From the NCBI GenBank assembly GCA_012295275.1, contig CM022671.1:30380001-30444000 (forward strand): a stretch of DNA of 64,000 nucleotides. Direction: 5' to 3'. Positions 1 to 64,000 of this stretch are shown here, piece by piece. This stretch comes from Chrysomallon squamiferum (Eukaryota; Animalia; Mollusca). The notes beneath the pieces were generated by a model. The model was not told the origin of the DNA, made no database searches, and worked only from the letters and a program-made list of their open reading frames with translations. Position 1 is the first letter of the stretch; each line of letters starts with the position of its first letter. The position numbers and the translations under genes are program-made.

Positions 1-159
1 CATTTATTTAATTACCAATACATTTTAACCAGTTTATTCACTTGAAACAAGGTTTATTAAATACACTCCAGACTGTATTTTTGATTTTAAATACAAGACT
101 TTGGACTAATAGTTTATTATAAAATTTCCCAATCAAAAGTGGAGAAGTAAAAATGTTAC

Positions 160-43011
<42,852 letters not shown>

Positions 43012-43506
43012 TGCTGCTGCTGCTGTTTTAGTCCTTGATGTCTGCCGAGATAAAAGTTTGTCTGCTGAGCTGAATGTGGTTGTTTCACTGTTGCGGTTCA
43101 TTTTCAGGTGTCATGTCTACTGAACCCTTTTAACAGATTATCTAAAAACACGTGTCCACTGAGCTGTAGGTGAATTTCCGAATGTAGGTGTATTTTTAGA
43201 CATAGGTGTGTCTTGAACTCTAAAACATTATCAGAAGATATCCATTTAAGCTGCAGGTTACTTTTAGTTGCATGTGAATTTTCACTTCAAGGTCATTTGA
43301 GCTCTGATAGTTGCCCATTAAGCTGTAGGCGTTTGTCATTCTGTAAATGTCCACTGAGCTGTAGGTTCAGTTCAGTTCAGGTGTATTTTCAGCTGCAGGT
43401 ATCTCTTAGGCTGTGAGATTGATTTTGTTGGTTTGTTAATGTCTTTTACACTGACTCTTTTTTTATTTGTCTCTGTCTTTCAGGTGTTGTCTTTGGAATT
43501 GTACTT
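43012..43506 (-). other. Putative LRRK2 5' UTR part of the first coding exon
   Basis: Strong minus-strand acceptor ctttttgtttgctatcttag before 43506, with an alternative tgtttttag before 43141. Contains repeated ccactgagctgtaggt-like motifs. Confidence 0.4.
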
Positions 43507-44152
43507 CTAAGATAGCAAACAAAAAGCTTATGAAAAAAAACAATCTTTGTTAACAATAAAGTTTAACAATAAAATAATGAAGTCAATGAAAATGTAATTT
43601 TTCTTTTCTTACATTATGATGTCACCACTTCTCTGAATGTGTGCATGTGTGTATGTATGTGTGTGTGTATGTGTGTGTGTGCATGTTTATATATATACAT
43701 ATATAATACTATATATATATATATATATATATATGTATACGTATGAATGTATATATGTATGTACATATATATATATATTTATATGTATGAATGTATAGAT
43801 GTATGTATGTATGTGCATTTGTATGTATGTATCTGTGTGTTTGTATATATATGTATGTATATGTGTATATATATATATATGTATGTGTATGTATATGTAT
43901 GCTTGTTATGTATATTATTATGTGTGTGTGTGTGTGTGTATAAAAAAAGAAGTTATAACCCAATAATTTGCTCACTTTTCTTTGTTTAAAATAGCTATGG
44001 TTAGATACATACAAAGATATAAACCAAACTATTTACAATATTATATATTAAAATATAATATGCTAACTACTGTATTATTGCAAAGTATGTTTCACACATT
44101 TCATTAGTTATTAGAATATCTTTTATAATTTCTTTTTTTTTTTTGTTAAAAT

Positions 44153-44204
<52 letters not shown>

Positions 44205-44349
44205 TTAATGGAACTTCCGTTGTATTACATAACAATATATAACAACATAATATATATATTAATATATGTTAATTTTTAATTCACACACAGCCTCACACAC
44301 ACACGCGCACACACGCACACACGAACGACTTATCATTAAATGGTTTTAC

Positions 44350-44720
44350 CTGTGCTGTAACAACTGTCCGACTGTCACCTGACGATCGATCGACTTTTTG
44401 AAACTTCCTCAATCCATTTCACTGCCGTATATTCCGGCAATGACAAGTGCACTTTTTTGTTTTTAATTCATCCCATTTTAAAATCCATAAATAAATCGAG
44501 TGTGTTTGAGCTATATCAGTTATTTTGACAGGCAATAACAGTGCAATCGAATAACTGTCAAGCAAGCACTCCGTTTACAAAAGTGGAGCTGTGTCATATG
44601 ATTCGAAATGTTTAAATTTAGGACTTAAAAATGCACGGAATGAATGGTGGTTAAAGCACCTGACGATGTGTCGTGTCTTGTTGCGATAACAATATGTATT
44701 TCGATCCTTATTGTTTGTAT
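44350..44720 (-). promoter_or_regulatory. Putative LRRK2 non-coding first exon / promoter
   Basis: Locally CpG-richer, non-repetitive island ending in the minus-strand donor CAG|GTAAAA at 44350/44349. Confidence 0.45.
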
Positions 44721-45244
44721 ATCAGACCGTGTGGATGTGTTTGTGTGTGTATAGTATTCTTCTATTACAAAACGAGTAAGAATTAATATGTCGTAGTTTT
44801 ATATTATAATTAGGTACTTGCGAATGGTAATATTTGTAGTTGATAAAAAAATTAAAATTAATCATTAGTGTGCGTGTGCGTCTGTGTGTATGGGTGTGGG
44901 TGGGTGTGGATGTGTGTCGATAGACAGATAGATGAACACATGCATGCAGACAGAGCATCCTGTAACTGCAGTGGATAGAGAATTTCACGAAGGAGCCTAG
45001 ATGATAACAGATTAGTGGAAGCAACAGTGGCGCAAATGGGTAACATTAAATTTCGTTGTTAAAAAATGTGAGTCCATTCAGTTATATTGTTATCTCCTGA
45101 GCAACAAAGAGGCATGTCACAGTTAGCTAACTGTACAGATCCTTGGCTCTGTGGATGTCTAGGTTTTCCTTGAACATCACCAACTCTGGCTGCATTACCT
45201 TTAGTTCAGTGATTGCACATTATTTCTGATATTTCAGGAATTAT

Positions 45245-45295
<51 letters not shown>

Positions 45296-46283
45296 ATGCA
45301 GTAACAAACCATTTTGAAATTATTATTATTATATGTTCTCCATACATATATTACACATGCGCACGCATGACTGAGTATGTATGTCTGCATGCAGTTAGTG
45401 TTTGCGTGTTAGCGGATCACTGCCTTGAAACAATGATTTTGTTTGTTTTGGGGGTTTTTCTTAAATTATTTTTTCTTACAATCATGAAGAGCATTTCTGT
45501 GTCTTTTAATCTACCATTAAACATTAAACGAAAAAATTAAAAATATAATGGCAAACTCTTTTACAATTCATTTGATATATATCTTCATCCAATATTAAGG
45601 GACTACACTAAACTGAAAACGACTGAGACTAAAAATAAATTATATATGTTTGCCCTTCCCTACAACAAAAGCAGTAAAAAAATACATTAGTGAATTTCAC
45701 ATGTTGATGTTTCGTGTTTGTTTTGTGTTTCTCACAGAACATTGTGTGTTCAATAAACATTATTATTTTTTTTTATATAACTAACACAGACTTTTAATTC
45801 AAATATAAACATTTATTTAAAATGATAATTTTATTTATTTATTGGTCATATGATGAAATATGCGTTTGTAGCGTGTCAAAAAAGAGATGCCGGGTTTCAA
45901 AAGATGCTACTGTACATTCCACTTCATAGATATTAATCAAAGTCTGCACTAATGTAAAACCGAAAACTGTATTTCAGTGTATTACTCAAAAAATGGATGT
46001 ATATATAAATAATAATAATACATTCGAAAACTCTGCAAACACAGACACAAACATACACATACTCACACGTACATACACAAACACGTACACACATGCATAG
46101 ATACAAATTCGCACGTGTGTTTATATACTAGCACTTTTGCATACATTGAAGTATCTATGTATGTATGTATGTATGTAAACGTTAGTCTTTTGTTTTGTAT
46201 TTCTCTAATGATGAATATTATTTATATTTCATTTTTCCCCCCATCATATAAAAGTGTGGTTTTTTTTATCTAAAAAGAAGAAA

Positions 46284-46457
46284 CAAAACTTACCGCGGTT
46301 CAAACACCAAGCAAAAACAACAACAGAGATGGAGTAAAATGTGTCACAGGTATTCAATTAACATACTCAGACAGGTGAAAATAAGTGCACTGCGGTCACG
46401 TGACACAGGTGTTTCACTAGCTCAAATCCGGATCTGAGAGACGCTGACTTGAACCGA

Positions 46458-46483
<26 letters not shown>
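46284..46483. promoter_or_regulatory. Putative divergent promoter / first-exon region with GTCACGTGAC palindrome (46395-46404)
   Basis: CpG-richer island between head-to-head genes. Contains a perfect 10-bp extended E-box, CAGGTG boxes at 46372 and 46406, and outward-facing GCG|GTAAGT donors on both strands. Confidence 0.55.
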
Positions 46484-59008
<12,525 letters not shown>

Positions 59009-59020
59009 GATATATATATG

Positions 59021-59056
<36 letters not shown>

Positions 59057-60476
59057 TGTATGTATGTATGTATACAAATGCACTTGAGTATGGCTCAAGC
59101 AAAAAAAAAATTGTTGGACTTACAATCAGCGTTTTGGATGAATGTGTGCATTGTTGCATGATTTGGTGTGTGTGTGTGTTTGTGTGTGATTATGTATGGC
59201 TAAAGGTGAAAGTTCAAATTGGGTTGGCATGAAAGATTTTTGACAAAGACTTACTGGTACATATTCAAATCTTTGCAATCTAAAACTGAGAATGCATTTT
59301 TAAATTCTTTCTACAGCAGACTTTTATCATCAGAGAGAATTTGTTTATCCCTCTTGTTTGATCATGAAATGTCTGAATATGTCGTTATCATTCAGTCACA
59401 GTGGTGGTGATATGGATAACCTGAGTTTGTGATATAACTCAAACTCTTTAAGCCAGTATGAGTTCTAAGTACCTTTTGTGTGTTTGTGTGTGTTTATGAA
59501 TGCATGTATGAGTGTGTGAGAGTGAGATTCTGTTTGGTAAAGACAAAACAAAATCAACTGAGAAAGAAATTTTACAATAAATCTCCAAGACAAATCATTA
59601 TTTATGAGGCAGTATCAACACACATTTACTAATATTTGTTTACTAGGTCATTGTACTGTAAAGCTTTCAGATACACAAAATATTAACATTTTCATTATGA
59701 ATATTCAAGATTTTTATCACTGAATGTTAGTGCAGTGTGTGTAAAACATTAAATAGTTTTACAAATAGTTTTAATTTAGACATTAAAAATATATCAGTTA
59801 GGCCATGCAGCTTGTACATTTTCATTTTTGCATGCATTTTATTAATAGATAGCATTAATTTTTGAAAAGTGAGAGTTTGATATGAATCTAAAGAAACTCT
59901 GTTACCATATACCAATAACTGATTTTAATTTAGATAAAAAATACATTTTGGTCTTGTAACTTCGTAATTTCACCTTTAATGTCACATTTTCATTTTGTAA
60001 TTTCACATGTTCATCTTGTAACTTCACATTTTCATTCCTCTCTAATTTATTATTTTTATTATGACTAGTAATATTATTCAGTGAATACTGGTCTTTTAGA
60101 CCTAATATTATACACAGTGGAATATGCCAGATGTGTGCCTTTTAAATTTAAAAAAAAAAAAAAAAGGCTCAACAGAGCTTTACCATTTTCATTCATGTAA
60201 AAAATCAATCTGTTATAATGAACAGTTCAGAGAATTTATGTCCTGGGTTACCTGTTACACAAATTCTCAGATTTCATTTCTAATAGATCTGCAGTAGTTT
60301 TCACAATCTGCCTATGAAGGTTTGAACTAGAACATTTGGTTTAAGATAAAAAGGAGAATAGTCACATTAAGAATCTTATACCTAGCATTACTTAAAGAGA
60401 TCTGTTAATGAGCTTTAATAAAATGCCAAAATTTTGAAAATACGATTAATACTGTTACTTGGTCTGAAGAAAAAAA

Positions 60477-61103
60477 CAATTTTGAGGCATTTGCAATGTT
60501 TTTATGATGCTTTGAATGTTGAAGCAATTTTGAGGCATTTGAAATGTTTTTATGATGCTTTGAATGTTGAAGCAATTTTGAGGCATTTGCAATGTTTTTA
60601 TGATGCTTTGAATGTTGAAGCAATTTTGAGGCATTTGAAATGTTTTTATGATGCTTTGAATGTTGAAGCAATTTTGAGGCATTTGCAATGTTTTTATGAT
60701 GCTTTGAATGTTGAAGCAATTTTGAGGCATTTGAAATGTTTTTATGATGCTTTGAATGTTGAAGCAATTTTGAGGCAAATGTTTTTATGATGCTTTGAAT
60801 GTTGAAGCAATTTTGAGGCATTTGAAATGTTTTATGATGCTTTGAATTTGCAATTTTGAGGCATTGCAATGTTTTTATGATGCTTTGAATGTTGAAGCAA
60901 TTTTGAGGCATTTGAAATGTTTTTATGATGCTTTGAATGTTGAAGCAATTTTGAGGCATTTGCAATGTTTTTATGATGCTTTGAATGTTGAAGCAATTTT
61001 GAGGCATTTGAAATGTTTTTATGATGCTTTGAATGTTGAAGCAATTTTGAGGCATTTGCAATGTTTTTATGATGCTTTGAATGTTGAAGCAATTTTGAGG
61101 CAT
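60477..61103. repeat. 48 bp satellite, about 13 copies, with alternating variants (96 bp higher order)
   Basis: Unit gcaattttgaggcatttg(c/a)aatgtttttatgatgctttgaatgttgaa; a further partial copy lies near 61165-61195. Confidence 0.95.
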
Positions 61104-62143
61104 TTATTTTACATTTGCAATGTTTTTATTTAAATTTTAGAATTGTAATATAAGTAATGTCATCTTATGACGCTTTGAATGTTGAAGCAATTTTGGTTTT
61201 TGTTAATACTTTTAACATTGTTTTAATATGATCTTATACATGGAATAAATTTTTTAAACTTTTATTAATATTACTTTAAATTATTCTTGTTGGTTTTAAA
61301 AATTTTTAAAATATATATATATATATATGCACATAGTTCTCAAAACAAGAAATAAGTATTTAACATAGACTCATTTTTACGGTAATATTATACAGAGAAA
61401 CTGTTATTTTTTTCCACACAGATACATTTCTGTTTTGTGTGTATAATCCTGACATCCACTACACTATATGCACATACATACACATAAATGTACTTACTTA
61501 CTTACACACGCACAAACAAACACACTCAGGCACTGACACAGAACAGACATACTGAAGTCACCTAAAAACATTTACAATTTGAGACATGTTAATTGACAAA
61601 ATGTTCAACTCAGAACAAATATCTTTATCTGGCATTTTCTCCACTTTTCATAATACCTCAGACTATTCATCTTTGTGCACTCAGACTTTTAATATTTTCA
61701 TAAACTGACATCATATCAGTCCAAACTTGTAAGAATGGATGTCTTGTTACTTCCAGAAAAAGACTATCAAATTTAAGCTTTGCTTTTTGTCCATTAATGA
61801 CAAAGATTTACATTTTGTTTTACCTGTTACAAAAGCTTAATGTTTATTGGTCTGACATTCTTGGAAGAAATATTTACACAGACTTTCCAAAAAAGGATGT
61901 ACACTGGAATGATTGAATGAGTAAGTGAAAGAACAAATGAATGAATGAGGCAATGAATTAATGAATTAATTAATGTTTAACAGCTCAGCACAAAACAGTT
62001 ATCAGCTACTGGGTGTGCATTCTCACATAAATTACTGGTTCTGATTGGGAAATACAGAATCCGCATACTGACCAGTTATTACTTCACCCAGAATAATTCA
62101 TGGAAAGATTTTTGTTTTGTTTCAGGAACTATATATATATATA

Positions 62144-63795
62144 TCAACTTCCAAATGTTCTGACTTCACCATGTTTAAGACAAATAAAAGATGATCCCTT
62201 CATGTCAGTATTTAGAAGAGCTTTTTCCAAATCTTGTTTTGGCTCCAGGTAATGCTGAAACAGAAAATGAAAAATGGAAACAGTTTACTCATTTTAAAAA
62301 TTGTTATCACTTTTTCCTATCCAAAAATAATAAGAAAAAAAGACTAGATATATAAGAAAGAGGGAGAGGGAGGGAGGGGGGGGGGGAGAGAGAGAGAGAG
62401 AGTAATAATAAAACAAACTGAATTCTGCAATTCAAAACTATTTTAAATCAAAATGGTTATAAAAGATTTTTTCCCCTAAATTAAGTCTCTGCTTCATACT
62501 TCATAAGACATCATGCTGAAAGTTCCCCAGTGAATTCCAATAGACGTCTGAGATTGTATGTTATGGTGAATCTGAACAGCTTCTGAAGGACTTGCATGTT
62601 GAGGAGAAAGAAACCAACTGAAAATACCAGTATGATTTATTAAATAGTTTACCTGTCAGTAATTTTAATATTTAGTATTGACAGAAATCAATTGAAAATA
62701 ATAATATGATTGATTAATTAGCTTACCTATCAAAGAGTTTACATTTAATATGACAAAAACTAACTGAAAAAGCCAGTAAGAGTAAGCCAGATTAATCAGT
62801 TTATATATCAATGATTTTACATTTAATATGAGAAAAAGTAATTAAAAATGCCAGTAAGACAGATTCAATAGTTTAACTATCAAAGATTTTACAGTCAGAA
62901 TTCAGTATGAAGATAACTGTCATTACTATTCAGCAAGCAAAAAAAGAATAATAATGTTTTTATGTAAAAAAAAAAAAAAATTTCTTCTTCAAAGACCCCA
63001 ACAGGAAACTGTCTAGCTGAAATAATTACTGCTGCAGGGTGTATAATTACTGCTTTTGAGACAGGATATCTACATGTAACATAAATAGCAGGGCAATAAA
63101 CTGGAAAATCTGTTCAGTAAGTCTTTTAATTATATAATTATTAGTTTTTATATATAATATTTTTTACCAAACAATCTTCTGAGTTAAGTTTTGCTAAGTT
63201 TTAACACCCAGTTTATGAAGTTTTAGATGGAATGGGCTAAAGTATCTTTAAAAACTGTTCAGTCAGCTCATACTTTTATTATAATAAACAACATCACCTT
63301 TTGTCTCGACATGTTTTCATGGCACCTTTAATTACATTATGTATAAAATAATTTTATTTAGCAAAGTATAAAATATTACTATTTAGCAAAGTATAAAATA
63401 ATTTTATTCAGCAATGTTCCTTTCTAGTATTTAATAGTAAAATATATATATATTTCATGCCATGGTTTAAAGTTTTCAATTTACAATAAATTCAATTGCA
63501 TTATGTCTAAAACATTTTTACTAAGCAAAGTACTTTTCAAATGAATTTTCCTTGCCAGTATTTGACAGAAAAAAATGTATCTATGCCTTGATTTATAGTT
63601 TTAGATATTTGGCAGAAAAAAAGAAGAAAAGAACTAATATAATACCTTGGTTTATAGTTTCCAATTGGAATGGCTGCTAAGGAGAAAGGGCCCGAAGTGT
63701 TTTCCAATCTGTGTAAACACATCACAATAACCTGTGTCTCCTGCAAAATAAAACCTGTTCCTTGGTCCTATCACAGCCCAGCTGCACCACAGTGT
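62144..63795 (-). CDS. NAPEPLD: N-acyl-phosphatidylethanolamine-hydrolysing phospholipase D, last three exons (63646-63795, 62500-62617, 62144-62254); 5' part beyond window
   Basis: [24 protein letters not shown]...[33 protein letters not shown]...[14 protein letters not shown]...LKHGE match the NAPE-PLD metallo-beta-lactamase C-terminus. One extra base lies at 63685-63693. Confidence 0.92.
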
Positions 63796-64000
63796 CTGGA
63801 TAAAAATGTATGAAAAATGAAATCAGTACTTTAAGTCACGTTATATATATAATTTAGATTCTTATGAAGGATGTAAAATTTAAAGATTAAAATAAAGCAT
63901 TGGGTACATACATGGAAAATTATAGTATAATGTTACAAAAATATAAATATTAAAGAATAAAACAAAGGATTGTATACATTTTAACACACACACACACACA

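Noticed and set aside
60405-61133. 232-aa repeat protein ORFs (MPQNCFNIQSIIKTLQ)n
   Set aside because: A by-product of a 48-bp satellite that is open in several frames on both strands; indels switch frames and no gene structure is evident.

Overview
This is AT-rich, microsatellite-dense eukaryotic (animal) genomic DNA with short introns. My inference is an invertebrate, possibly a mollusc; the species cannot be established from the sequence. I reconstructed three spliced genes by hand from GT-AG sites and exon phases. (1) A minus-strand LRRK2 orthologue (ARM-ANK-LRR-ROC-COR-kinase-WD40) with about 66 coding exons between 43011 and 160; it continues off the left edge. (2) A complete plus-strand SLC6 (GlyT/PROT-like) amino-acid transporter, about 46458-59008, head-to-head with LRRK2. 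(3) The last three exons of a minus-strand NAPE-PLD, 62144-63795, tail-to-tail with the SLC6 gene. Most ORFs in the supplied track are microsatellite artefacts. The most unusual observations: intronic tandem repeats repeatedly built on LRRK2 splice sites, one of which supplies an alternative acceptor that exactly restores a frameshifted COR exon; a mirror-symmetric divergent promoter region with a perfect GTCACGTGAC (CLEAR-type) palindrome; and an SLC6 binding site with Gly at the LeuT-F259 position and Asp/Cys at the TM7 Na1/Cl positions. Several exons carry indels or missing AG acceptors that look like long-read consensus errors, so every frameshift-based claim needs read-level confirmation.
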